NCBI GenBank assembly: GCA_039586795.1
Contig: JBDHJS010000013.1
Location: forward strand, 13,981 to 77,980
Length of the DNA: 64,000 nt
Direction: 5' to 3'
Origin: Gemmatimonadota bacterium
Lineage (GTDB): Bacteria > Gemmatimonadota > Gemmatimonadetes > Palauibacterales > KS3-K002
Below the pieces are notes generated by a model, which searched no databases, was not told where the DNA came from, and worked only from the letters and a program-made list of their open reading frames with translations. This document shows, one piece after another, positions 27,434-36,161 of this stretch (its first letter is position 1; each line of letters opens with the position of its first letter). A program made the position numbers and the translations under genes.

Positions 27434-28574
27434 GCATGTCCCGGGCGGCAACGGTCGGGAGCGGAGCGGGGACATCGAACCATCGACCGGCGAACCGAAT
27501 CGCCCGAGTGATCCCGGTGCGGATCAGCCGGAAGCCCCGCAAGATGCCGATCGCGAGCTGACTTCAGAAGCAGAACAGTCGACGGAAGCCGGCCCGGGCC
27601 CGACGGACGAAGGGACGGCCGACGCCGACGCCGAATCCTCTGATCAACCCGACGAAGCCGGTAAAGCCGACCCCGAGACGCCCGCCGCGCCGACGCACGG
27701 CATCATCAGCAAAGGCCCGGCACCGCAGCTGCTCGAGATCCGATTCAAGGGAAAGCGACGCGACTTCTACACGGCGCACGTCACGCCGCCGATCCGGGTA
27801 CGCGAGTACGTGGTCGTCGAGGCCGACCGTGGGCAGGACCTCGGGGTCGTCACCTCGTTGGGCGACCTGGCGCGGCGTAAGTGCGAGGTCTGCGACGACT
27901 GCCAACCGAACAGCCTGCCGAGCAAGCGGATGCTGCGGCGTGCCGCTCCGGTCGACGTCGAACGGCTCGTCACGTTGCGCGGCGAGGAGGACGACATCCG
28001 CAAGTCGGTCCGCGAGATGGTGGAAGAACAGCGCCTGAAGATGAAGATCAGCGATGCGGAGTGGCAGTGGGACCGCAACAAACTGATCATCTACTTCACC
28101 GCCGACAAGCGCGTCGACTTCCGCGTGTTGGTCCGCAACCTGGCAAAGAAGTACCGCACGCGCATCGAGCTCAAGCAGATCGGCGTTCGCGATGAGGCAA
28201 AGCGACTGGACGGCGTTGGTCGCTGCGGGCGCGAGCTATGCTCGGCCAACTGGCTGCCCGAGCTGAAGCCCGTCACGCTGCAGCTGGCGAAAGACCAGAA
28301 CCTGTCGCTGAACCCATCCCAGATCTCGGGAGCCTGCGGCCGTTTGATGTGCTCGTTGCGCTTCGAGCACGACTTCTACGTGCAGGCCCGGAAGCGGTTC
28401 CCGAAAGAAGGCCGCCAGGTCCAGACGTCGGTCGGCCAGGAGACGGTGGTCGCGATCAACTTGTTCGCCAACCGCGTGACGCTGAAGGGCCCGACCGGCG
28501 AACTACGGAGCCTGGCCCTGGAAGAGCTGAAGCAGGAGACGGCGACAACGCGCAGGAGCGCTAGGAAGAACTAG
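27426..28574 (+). CDS. PSP1 C-terminal domain protein (RicT/YaaT-like) with ~100-aa acidic low-complexity N-terminal extension
   Basis: YFTADKRVDFRVLVRNLAKKYRTRIELKQIGVRDEAKRLDGVGRCGRELCSANWL...CGRLMCSLRFEH is the PSP1 core with its Cys cluster. The ATG overlaps the accA stop by 8 nt. Confidence 0.8.
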   Translation: MAEHVPGGNGRERSGDIEPSTGEPNRPSDPGADQPEAPQDADRELTSEAEQSTEAGPGPTDEGTADADAESSDQPDEAGKADPETPAAPTHGIISKGPAPQLLEIRFKGKRRDFYTAHVTPPIRVREYVVVEADRGQDLGVVTSLGDLARRKCEVCDDCQPNSLPSKRMLRRAAPVDVERLVTLRGEEDDIRKSVREMVEEQRLKMKISDAEWQWDRNKLIIYFTADKRVDFRVLVRNLAKKYRTRIELKQIGVRDEAKRLDGVGRCGRELCSANWLPELKPVTLQLAKDQNLSLNPSQISGACGRLMCSLRFEHDFYVQARKRFPKEGRQVQTSVGQETVVAINLFANRVTLKGPTGELRSLALEELKQETATTRRSARKN

Positions 28575-28586
28575 AGGTCCGAGGCC

Positions 28587-30083
28587 TTGCCCAAGTTCTA
28601 CATCACCACAGCCATCGATTATTCCAACGGCGATCCCCACCTGGGGCATTCGTTCGAGAAGATCGGCGCCGACGTCATCGCCCGATACCGGCGCATGGCC
28701 GGCGACGATGTCCACTTCGTGATCGGGATGGACGAGCACTCGCAGACCATTCTGGAGCCGGCCGCTGAGGCGGGACTGACGCCGCAGGCGTGGGTCGATC
28801 GGATGGCGGAGACGTTCTCCAAGGCGTGGGAGCGGCTCGAGATCAGCCACGACGATTTCATCCGCACCACGGAACCGCGTCATGAGAAGGCCGTGATCGA
28901 CCTGGTCGAGCGGACCAAGGAGGCCGGCTACATCTACCCGGGCACCTACGAAGGCTACTACTGCGAGCGCTGCGAGACGTTCAAGCAGGAGAAGGATCTG
29001 GTCGACGGCCGCTGTCCCGAACACCCGGACCTCGAGATCACGTGGACGAAAGAGGATAACTACTTCTTCAAGTTGTCGGCGTTCCGCGACCCGCTGCTCA
29101 AGCTGCTCGACGAGCACCCCGAGTTCGTGCAGCCGGAGATCCGGCGCAACGAGATCCGCAACGTGCTGAAGGAAGGTCTGCAGGACGTCTCGGTGTCGCG
29201 CCCACAGCGCGAGTGGGGCATTCCCTTCCCCGGCGACCCGGACCACGCGGTCTATGTCTGGTACGACGCGCTGATCAACTACCTGTCGGCCGTCGGCTAT
29301 CCCGGCGACTATCAGGAATGGTGGCCGGCGGATGCTCACGTGATCGGCAAGGGCATCACGCGGCACCACTGCATCATCTGGCCGGCGATGCTGATGGCCG
29401 CCGGCATTGAGCTGCCCAAATCTGTTTGGGCCCACGGCTACATTCACTGGGGCGGCCGCAAGCTATCGAAGTCGGCGGGCGATCAGGTGACGTTGGACAG
29501 CGCCATCGAACGCTACGGCACCGATCCGCTGCGCTACTACCTGCTGCGCGAAGTGCCGTGGGACAGCGACGGCGACTTCACGTGGCAGCGCTACGACGAC
29601 ATCTACAACGCCGAGTTGGCGAACGACCTGGGCAACCTGGCGAACCGCGCCCTGTCAATGATCCACAAGTATCGTGGCGCCACGGTCCCGCAGGGACCCG
29701 AGACATCCATCGATCGGCGAGCCAATGACGCGCTGGACGTGTATCGCGACGCGATGGACGGGTTTCTGCTCCATAAGGGCATCGCGGCGGCGATGGATCT
29801 GGCGAACGCGGGGAACGGATTCATAGAGGAGCAGGCACCGTGGGCGCTGGCCAAGGACGAGTCGAAGGCGGCGGAGCTTGACGCGACGCTGGCGGCATTG
29901 GCGCGGACGCTGGGGCGGCTGGCGATGCTTCTGGTTCCGTTTATGCCGAGCAAGATGAGCGAACTTTGGCAGGCGCTGGGGCAAGGCGATTCGATTTCTG
30001 GCCTTGATGCGTATGCGGCGCTCGATTTTGCCGGCGTGACGGTTGATAAGAGTGCGGTGTTGTTTCCGAAGGCGGAGAAGTAA
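28587..30083 (+). CDS. metG: methionyl-tRNA synthetase (short form, no C-terminal tRNA-binding domain)
   Basis: AIDYSNGDPHLGHSFEKIGADVIARYRRMAGDDVHFVIGMDEHSQ (HIGH region) and the KLSKS-like RKLSKSAGD motif. Confidence 0.95.
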   Translation: MPKFYITTAIDYSNGDPHLGHSFEKIGADVIARYRRMAGDDVHFVIGMDEHSQTILEPAAEAGLTPQAWVDRMAETFSKAWERLEISHDDFIRTTEPRHEKAVIDLVERTKEAGYIYPGTYEGYYCERCETFKQEKDLVDGRCPEHPDLEITWTKEDNYFFKLSAFRDPLLKLLDEHPEFVQPEIRRNEIRNVLKEGLQDVSVSRPQREWGIPFPGDPDHAVYVWYDALINYLSAVGYPGDYQEWWPADAHVIGKGITRHHCIIWPAMLMAAGIELPKSVWAHGYIHWGGRKLSKSAGDQVTLDSAIERYGTDPLRYYLLREVPWDSDGDFTWQRYDDIYNAELANDLGNLANRALSMIHKYRGATVPQGPETSIDRRANDALDVYRDAMDGFLLHKGIAAAMDLANAGNGFIEEQAPWALAKDESKAAELDATLAALARTLGRLAMLLVPFMPSKMSELWQALGQGDSISGLDAYAALDFAGVTVDKSAVLFPKAEK

Positions 30084-30140
30084 GGGATTGGACTCGGTGC
30101 TCAGGATCGGGGTGTTGGGAATGCGGATGAGTCTTGAGCC

Positions 30141-31265
30141 ATGAACCTGAGCGTTAGGTGTTGTGGATTAGGTATTGGTCTATTAGCGACAGCCCCCCTC
30201 TTTGTCCTCAGCACGGAACCTTCCCTCGCCCAAGAGCTCACCACTGCGACTGTCCGAATCTGCGCCGGCGGCGACCTACTAATCGGCAACAACCTCGACA
30301 CCCTCTGGGCCGCCCGCGCTTCCGACCGCCTCGGGTTTGATATCCCGGCTTTTCCCAACCCCGACTCGCTTCTCGCACCACTGTCACCGCTCATCGCGGA
30401 CGCCGACATAGTATTACTCAACATCGAGGGCGCGATCGGCGAGGGCACGGCACCCAGCAAGTGCCGGCCAGGATCGACCAGTTGTTATGCGTTTCGCCAG
30501 CCGCCCTATGTGGCGGAGTCGATCGGCGGGATAGTCGACGGCGCTTCCGTGGTCGGCAACGTGGCCAATAACCACGCGATGGATGCCGGGCCGGACGGAT
30601 GGGATGCCACCGTTCGCCACCTTCGGGATGCCGGAGTTGATGTGACAGGCACTGACACGCTGGCAACGGTCGTCGTTACGGAGGCCGGCGACACGGTGGC
30701 GATCCTCGGCTTCAGCACGTTCGTCGCCGGGCCCGACGCCCGGGACCTGCGCGGGCTGCGCCGGCACGTCGCCCGGGCGTTCGCCCGCTACGGGCGCGTC
30801 ATCGTCTCGGTTCACATGGGCGGCGAAGGGCGCGGCGCGCAGCGGACGAGGGACGCCACGGAACTGTTCCTTGGCGAAGATAGAGGGAACCCGGTGGCGT
30901 TCGCGCGGGTGGCAATGGAATCCGGTGCTTCGCTGGTCATCGGTCATGGACCGCATGTACTGCGGGCGGCGGAGTGGCGTGGCGATGCGCTGGTCTTTTA
31001 CTCGCTAGGTAACCTGCTGACGTATGGTCCGTTCAACTTTCGGGAGCCAAACGATCGGGGCGGGATCGGGTGCGCGCTCATAGATCGCGCCGGGCGCGTG
31101 GTCAGGGCGGAGTTTCGGTCGACGTATCAGGTACCGCCGGGGCTGGTGTTTCCGGATGGGTCGGGGCGTGGTGCGGTGCTGGTGGACTCGTTGGGTCGGT
31201 TGGACTTTCCTGAGACGCGGGGCGAGGTGGCTCGGGACGGTAGAATCAATCGTGGGTCGCGGTAA
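30141..31265 (+). CDS. CapA/PGA_cap family metallophosphatase-like protein, secreted
   Basis: Signal peptide. ILGFSTF...VSVHMGGEG...IGHGPHVLRAAEWRGDALVFYSLGNLL matches CapA-family motifs. Confidence 0.8.
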   Translation: MNLSVRCCGLGIGLLATAPLFVLSTEPSLAQELTTATVRICAGGDLLIGNNLDTLWAARASDRLGFDIPAFPNPDSLLAPLSPLIADADIVLLNIEGAIGEGTAPSKCRPGSTSCYAFRQPPYVAESIGGIVDGASVVGNVANNHAMDAGPDGWDATVRHLRDAGVDVTGTDTLATVVVTEAGDTVAILGFSTFVAGPDARDLRGLRRHVARAFARYGRVIVSVHMGGEGRGAQRTRDATELFLGEDRGNPVAFARVAMESGASLVIGHGPHVLRAAEWRGDALVFYSLGNLLTYGPFNFREPNDRGGIGCALIDRAGRVVRAEFRSTYQVPPGLVFPDGSGRGAVLVDSLGRLDFPETRGEVARDGRINRGSR

Positions 31266-31281
31266 TCCCCTGTTAACAAAT

Positions 31282-31354
31282 GCTCAACACCTAAGACCTA
31301 ATCCTCAACCCTCAGGGGAACCCTGGGAGTTGAGGATTAGGTCTTAGGTGTTGA
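31282..31354. repeat. family-A palindromic element (73 bp, near-perfect hairpin)
   Basis: CTCAACACCTAAGACCTAATCCTCAACCCTCAGGGGAACCCTGGGAGTTGAGGATTAGGTCTTAGGTGTTGAG. 27-bp perfect arms. Lies between convergent genes. Confidence 0.8.
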
Positions 31355-31369
31355 GGGTTATTAGGCCAG

Positions 31370-32632
31370 CTACTCCTCGGGTTTCCCCTGACCCAGCTTG
31401 CTCAGAATATTTACGCCCGTCGCCGACTCAATCTGCTCCGTCAGCTTGATCACCGCCGAAGGCAACTGATTCGCCGCCGTCGCGACGCCCGTTCCTTCTC
31501 CCGAATCGATGATCGTCAGGCGGTCGACGTCGATGCCGTCCACCGTCTTCGCGATCTCGCGAATGATCTCGGGCAGCATATTGAGGATGAAGATGCGCTC
31601 CGCATCGCCGCCGGCGTTCAGGTAGAGCTTGATCATCTCCTCGAGCACGTAGAGCCGGGCGCGACCGTCCTCGACGATCGTCGCCGCCACACCCTTGGCC
31701 AGCTGCTCGGCCGCCTCGCGCTCGGCGCGGGCGGGCAGCAAAACGTCGGCTTCCAGGCGCCGTTGCTCGAGGGAGATGCGCTCCTGCTGCAGATCCTGCT
31801 CGGCGACGACCTTGGACTTCTCACCGGTGACCGGCGCCGCCAGTTCCTTGGCCAGCGCGTCGGCCTCCAGCTCGGCCGTGCGGATGCGCAGCTCGTTGTT
31901 CTTTTCGACGATGGCCAGGTCCGCAGAGATCTTGGCGACTTCGGCGGCCCGACGCGCCGCCGCCTCGGTCTGCTCGGCCTCGGAGCTGCGCTCGGCCTCG
32001 GCGACCCTGGCCTTCTTGATGATGTCGGCAGTGCGCTGCCGGCCGATGGAATCCAGGTAGTTCACCTCGTCGGTGACGTTCTGGATCTTCATCGTATCGA
32101 GCTCGAGGCCCAGCTTCTGCATGTCCTCGTCCGCCTCTTCGATCAACGTTTGGGCGAACTTGAGCCGATCCTCGTTCACTTCCTCGGGCGTCAGCGTCGC
32201 GACTATGCCGCGCAGGTTACCCTCGAGGGTGTCCTTGGCGATCTGCATGATCTCCTCGAACGGCTTGTCGAGCATGCGCTCGACCGCGTTGTGAGCTACG
32301 GGGTCGCGAGCGCTGACCTTTACGTTGGCGATGCCCGCGACGATCAACGGGATCCCGCCCTTGGAGTACGCGTTGTGTACGGTCACCTCGATGGGCAGCG
32401 TCGTCAGGTCGAGGCGCGCCACGCGCTCGACGATGGGCACGCGCAGCGTGCGTCCGCCATGCAGCAACCGGTATCCGGCGCGACGACCGTCGGCCGTCAG
32501 TCGCTTGCGACCTGTTATGACCACCATCTCGTTGGGCTGGCAGATCACGATCAGCGACTTGACCGTATAGACAAGCGCAACCAGGACTCCGAGCCCAACC
32601 GACCCCAGTATTAATGCCGTGTCCGGATTCAT
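31370..32632 (-). CDS. flotillin-like SPFH/band-7 protein
   Basis: N-terminal TM, SPFH domain (VITGRKR...VPIVERVARLDLTTLPIEV), and long Ala/Glu-rich coiled-coil flotillin region. Confidence 0.9.
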   Translation of the reverse strand: MNPDTALILGSVGLGVLVALVYTVKSLIVICQPNEMVVITGRKRLTADGRRAGYRLLHGGRTLRVPIVERVARLDLTTLPIEVTVHNAYSKGGIPLIVAGIANVKVSARDPVAHNAVERMLDKPFEEIMQIAKDTLEGNLRGIVATLTPEEVNEDRLKFAQTLIEEADEDMQKLGLELDTMKIQNVTDEVNYLDSIGRQRTADIIKKARVAEAERSSEAEQTEAAARRAAEVAKISADLAIVEKNNELRIRTAELEADALAKELAAPVTGEKSKVVAEQDLQQERISLEQRRLEADVLLPARAEREAAEQLAKGVAATIVEDGRARLYVLEEMIKLYLNAGGDAERIFILNMLPEIIREIAKTVDGIDVDRLTIIDSGEGTGVATAANQLPSAVIKLTEQIESATGVNILSKLGQGKPEE

Positions 32633-32641
32633 CGTGTTACC

Positions 32642-33331
32642 TCACCTTTCTGCGGGCGGAAGCTCCGGTGTATCGAACGGAATCACCTCCGCTACTCCGT
32701 TTTCGATGCGCAGGACGACGACCTCGCTCCCGGGATTCAGCGTTCGCGTTACTTCCGGCGCCAGCCGAGCGGTGCAGTACTGCTCCCGGTCGCCGATCAG
32801 ACAGCTGATGCGTCCCGGCTGCCCAGGCGCCAGCGCGAGAACCACCGTCGCCGGTCGGCCCTCGATGTCGCGCTCGCTTACCGCGTCGAGCCCAACCTCG
32901 CTGCGCCGGATCCAGAGGAAGACGGCGTGGGTCAACAGCCCCGCTCCACCACCCATCGCCAACGCGAACGCGAAGGTCGAGCCTTCCGGGTTGCCGGACA
33001 GCGTCAGGAGAGTGCCTGTTAGACCGAACCCGGCGAGGAAGAAGATGATGTTGCGCGGCTTGAACAGCCCGAGCACCAGCTCGCCGGCGCCGGCGTGACC
33101 CACATCGACATCGTGGTCCACGTGCACATGCACATCGACATCCGCACCGGCGACATCAACGCCCGACACATCCACGTCGACGCCGGCAACGTCCACATCC
33201 ATGCCGGACACATCAGTGTCCAGGCCGCCGGACATATCGACATCGCTCGCGTCATGGTGCGCGCCGCTCAGCACGGAGAAGAGAAGCAGCCCACCGCCCA
33301 TAACAGCGGCAAGGATATAGACTCCTAGCAT
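32642..33331 (-). CDS. NfeD-family membrane protein (flotillin partner) with Asp-Val/His-rich repeat insert
   Basis: TM segments plus a C-terminal OB-like part (RPATVVLALAPGQPGRISCLIGDREQYCTARLAPEV). Located directly upstream of the flotillin gene. Confidence 0.8.
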   Translation of the reverse strand: MLGVYILAAVMGGGLLLFSVLSGAHHDASDVDMSGGLDTDVSGMDVDVAGVDVDVSGVDVAGADVDVHVHVDHDVDVGHAGAGELVLGLFKPRNIIFFLAGFGLTGTLLTLSGNPEGSTFAFALAMGGGAGLLTHAVFLWIRRSEVGLDAVSERDIEGRPATVVLALAPGQPGRISCLIGDREQYCTARLAPEVTRTLNPGSEVVVLRIENGVAEVIPFDTPELPPAER

Positions 33332-33671
33332 CGGCTTGCCTCCCGGATCGAACTCAGGTGGGGCTGTCTAAACCTGCCGGCGCCTGCGATGCAGCGCAAC
33401 TCGCGTCCCGCACGTCGTTCGGAAGTAGAAACAGCCACCCCCTTCCTTACAGATACCCATCATATACGGCTCTTATTCGGGCTTGACCTATCGGCCGGAA
33501 GCGGCGGCAAAAACGCAGGCGGCAAAAATGCCCGATCGATACGAAATAATTACCGATTTCGGCGATTTTCCGGAGACTGACGTTTCCCTGTAACTACATG
33601 TTATATAACCATTTAACCTATATCGGCCACCCCGGAACAGACCTTGCTGATCTCTGGACCGGCGCGGTGGC

Positions 33672-33700
33672 TTGACAGTCCTGCCGCCTGGCGTTTAACT
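33672..33700 (+). promoter_or_regulatory. candidate promoter (TTGACA-16/17-TTTAAC/TTAACT) in the AT-rich divergent region
   Basis: cTTGACAgtcctgccgcctggcgTTTAACTt lies ~150 nt upstream of the M23 peptidase gene. The sigma-70-like reading is only indicative, because the host sigma is of FCB type. Confidence 0.3.
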
Positions 33701-33841
33701 TGGCGCCTGCCCCTCCTCCATCGGAAAGGCCGTTTCCCCCCGTGGGCGCTAGCGTGCGTCTAGCCGGGCTAGGAAATGCACTTTTTGTTAACCGGTGGAG
33801 AGGGCGCCTCACACCGGGGGAACTAGAAACCAGAGCCGCGA

Positions 33842-34777
33842 ATGGAACGAGACCGCCTGACGTTCCTGGTGATCACCGACCCGGCACAGCCGGCGCACAC
33901 GTTGCAGATTACGCATCGTATGCTCCAGTTTGTCATCGGGGGTGTCGCCGCATTACTCCTATTCATCTTCGTATCAGCTGGAGCGCTTGTTCTGAAGCTG
34001 GGCGACCTGCGTGAGGCGTCTACGCTGAAGCAAGAGAACCAGCTGTTGGTGACGGACGTACTGCGGATGCAGGAAACGGTTGACCAACTGACCCAGTCGC
34101 TAGCGACGATCTCTGATCGGGATCGTCGCTTTCGTTTGCTAGCCGGCCTGCCGGAGATCGATCCGGAGGTCCGCCAGGTGGGTATCGGCGGCCCGGGAAC
34201 GCCTTCGGCCGAGAGCGAGCCGCTGCTGGAGATGGATAGCGAGCTGGGCGGCCAGGTTTACACAACGACGTCGGACCTCAACCGGTTGCTGCGGCAGTCC
34301 AACCTGCTGCAGGCGAGCCTGGTGGAGGCGGCGCGCGCGCTGGACGATCGTCGCGACGAGCTGACGCGAATCCCGTCGATCGACCCGTCGAGCGGTTGGC
34401 TGAGTTCGACGTTCAGCCGCAGCCGCTGGCACCCGTTGCTCAACAAGCGGCGTCCGCACGAGGGGATCGATATCTCGGCGCCGCGGGGCACGCCGGTGGT
34501 CGCGACCGCTGACGGCATAGTAACCTACGCTGCGTGGCGACCCGGCTACGGCTACACGGTCGAGATCGATCACGGCAACGGGATGCGAACACGTTACGCG
34601 CACAACCAGAAGGGACTGCGCGTGGATGTGGGCGACGAGGTCCGTCGCGGCGATACGATTGCGCTGGTGGGTAGCAGCGGCCAGGTGACCGGCCCGCACG
34701 TCCACTATGAAGTACTCTTGAACGGACAGGCCGTGAATCCGGTCAACTACCGACTAAGCGATGTGATTGTGGAGTAG
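33842..34777 (+). CDS. M23 family metallopeptidase (LytM domain) with N-terminal TM and coiled coil (EnvC/NlpD-like)
   Basis: HEGIDISAPRGTPVVATADG...DHGNGMRTRYAH...VGSSGQVTGPHVHYEV. Confidence 0.85.
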   Translation: MERDRLTFLVITDPAQPAHTLQITHRMLQFVIGGVAALLLFIFVSAGALVLKLGDLREASTLKQENQLLVTDVLRMQETVDQLTQSLATISDRDRRFRLLAGLPEIDPEVRQVGIGGPGTPSAESEPLLEMDSELGGQVYTTTSDLNRLLRQSNLLQASLVEAARALDDRRDELTRIPSIDPSSGWLSSTFSRSRWHPLLNKRRPHEGIDISAPRGTPVVATADGIVTYAAWRPGYGYTVEIDHGNGMRTRYAHNQKGLRVDVGDEVRRGDTIALVGSSGQVTGPHVHYEVLLNGQAVNPVNYRLSDVIVE

Positions 34778-34880
34778 GCAGAGCAGGACAGTAGAGAAGA
34801 GGGACAGTTTGAGGAAGAGCGGGCCGTTTTGGTCCGCTCTCTCTTTATGTAGTGGATCTATGTAGGGGGGCGATCCTTCT

Positions 34881-35957
34881 TCAATGTTCACCTCCGACTA
34901 ATACCTTCTCGCCCTCTACCTTCACGACATACGTCCTCACCGCCACCCGCACCGGCCCACCCATCGGCTCTCCAGTCCGCACATCGAATTGTCCTCCATG
35001 CCAAGGACAGTTAAGCGTGCAACCATCGACCGATCCCTCACTCAGCGAGGCGCGCCCATGTGTGCAGCGGTCGCTCACGGCGTAGTAGGTGCCGTCGACG
35101 TTGAACAGCGCGATGGCGTCGGCACCGTTGTACACCCGCTTCGACGAGCCCGGCGCAATCTCGCCCACCTTCGCCGCCACCACAAAGCCTTCCTCGTCGC
35201 GCTCCGTCACCCGAGCCTGCTCGGAAACCGAGGCGCCGCCCAGCGAATCGAGTACGTCCCACAACGACATCTGGATGCAAGTGAAGATCGGCGTATCGCG
35301 CAGCGTGTAGGTTGACGCTTTGCTCTCTCGCAGGTCCATCACCAGGTCGAGGAAGGCGCCGGCATCGTCGCCCTCGAACCCAACCATAAACTCCTGGTCG
35401 TCCAGCCCGAACGAGTACGCCGTGTTGATGCGTATGTCCGGATACTTGCGGCCCACCACAACGTGCTGCGTCATCAGCTCTTGACGCTCGGCGTGCGGCA
35501 AGCTGTACCAGGCCCGCGTCTTCACGAACGGGTAGAGAAACAGATACTTCGAGTCCTGCGGCGCCACCGTGATGCTCTCTTGCTGGTCCAGCTCGGCGGG
35601 AAACTCGTACACCGAACGCTTGGTCATCGCCAGATAGCTGTACGGCGTCGTCAGGTAGGCGCCCAGGCGGGTGGAGAAGATGGCCGTCTCCAACGCCTGC
35701 AGCGTCTCCAGATCTTCCGCCGCCTGCCAGATCATCATGTCGCAGTCGCCCCGCGTGCCGACCGTGCTGTAGGAACGGAGGAGCGACCGGGCCTGGAATC
35801 CGCGGATCGTGTCCGCAAGCTCCACCTTGTGGTCGATCTGCTTGTCGGCGGATAGCCGGCGCCAGGTGGAATCGAGCTTGAAGAACAGGTAGCGGACGAG
35901 CTGCCGGGCTTCGCCTTGTTGGGTCATTCGGGGACCTCTGTCGTTGGTTTGGGCCAT
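34881..35957 (-). CDS. chlorite dismutase family protein (HemQ/coproheme decarboxylase-like) fused to C-terminal Rieske [2Fe-2S] domain
   Basis: The N-terminal ~245 aa align to HemQ/ChdC (LVRYLFFKLD..., YLTTPYSYLAMTKRSVY, the equivalent of YLLPAYSYVSVVELSNY). The C-terminal ~105 aa carry CTHGRASLSEGSVDGCTLNCPWHGGQF, which is a Rieske C-x-H-x16-C-x-x-H. Confidence 0.8.
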   Translation of the reverse strand: MAQTNDRGPRMTQQGEARQLVRYLFFKLDSTWRRLSADKQIDHKVELADTIRGFQARSLLRSYSTVGTRGDCDMMIWQAAEDLETLQALETAIFSTRLGAYLTTPYSYLAMTKRSVYEFPAELDQQESITVAPQDSKYLFLYPFVKTRAWYSLPHAERQELMTQHVVVGRKYPDIRINTAYSFGLDDQEFMVGFEGDDAGAFLDLVMDLRESKASTYTLRDTPIFTCIQMSLWDVLDSLGGASVSEQARVTERDEEGFVVAAKVGEIAPGSSKRVYNGADAIALFNVDGTYYAVSDRCTHGRASLSEGSVDGCTLNCPWHGGQFDVRTGEPMGGPVRVAVRTYVVKVEGEKVLVGGEH

Positions 35958-36005
35958 GAAAAGCCCGAATTCTAATCGAGATCGCGCAACCGCGGAAGGT
36001 CAGCC

Positions 36006-36086
36006 TGAGCATTGAGCGTTGAGGATTAATTGATGAGGATTGCCATGAAACTCTCAACACCTAACGCTCAACCCTCAATCATCAGG
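36006..36086. repeat. family-A related palindromic element (degenerate, arms in swapped order)
   Basis: Contains GTTGAGGATTAATTGATGAGG and CTCAACACCTAACGCTCAACCCTCAATC, the two core half-motifs of family A. Confidence 0.5.
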
Positions 36087-36161
36087 TTCCGGTTCTTGGA
36101 ATGCTCTGGTGGCACGGGAGGTTCCCCGAGGCGCTGAAACCCCGCTCAGGGAACGCACGTA

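Noticed and set aside
31282-31354. Integron attC-like reading of the family-A palindrome (begins GCTCAAC ~ RYYYAAC, ends GTTGAGG ~ GTTRRRY)
   Set aside because: No integron integrase and no cassette array. The copies are not consistently at ORF 3' ends, and the last base violates the R' consensus. Any CAAC...GTTG palindrome would match this loosely.
31763-32614. 283-aa plus-strand ORF opposite the flotillin gene
   Set aside because: Leu/Arg/Asp low-complexity antisense reading of the Ala/Glu-rich flotillin coiled-coil.
33700-33841. c-di-AMP (ydaO-type) riboswitch upstream of the M23 peptidase
   Set aside because: The conserved ydaO sequence blocks (e.g. GGTGAATC, CCGAAC) were not recognisable by eye. 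Kept only as an unspecified structured leader.
35038-36060. 340-aa ORF (minus strand) overlapping the HemQ-Rieske gene in another frame
   Set aside because: Arg/Gly/Pro-rich translation, typical of an off-frame reading of high-GC coding DNA. The overlapping frame has clear HemQ and Rieske motifs.
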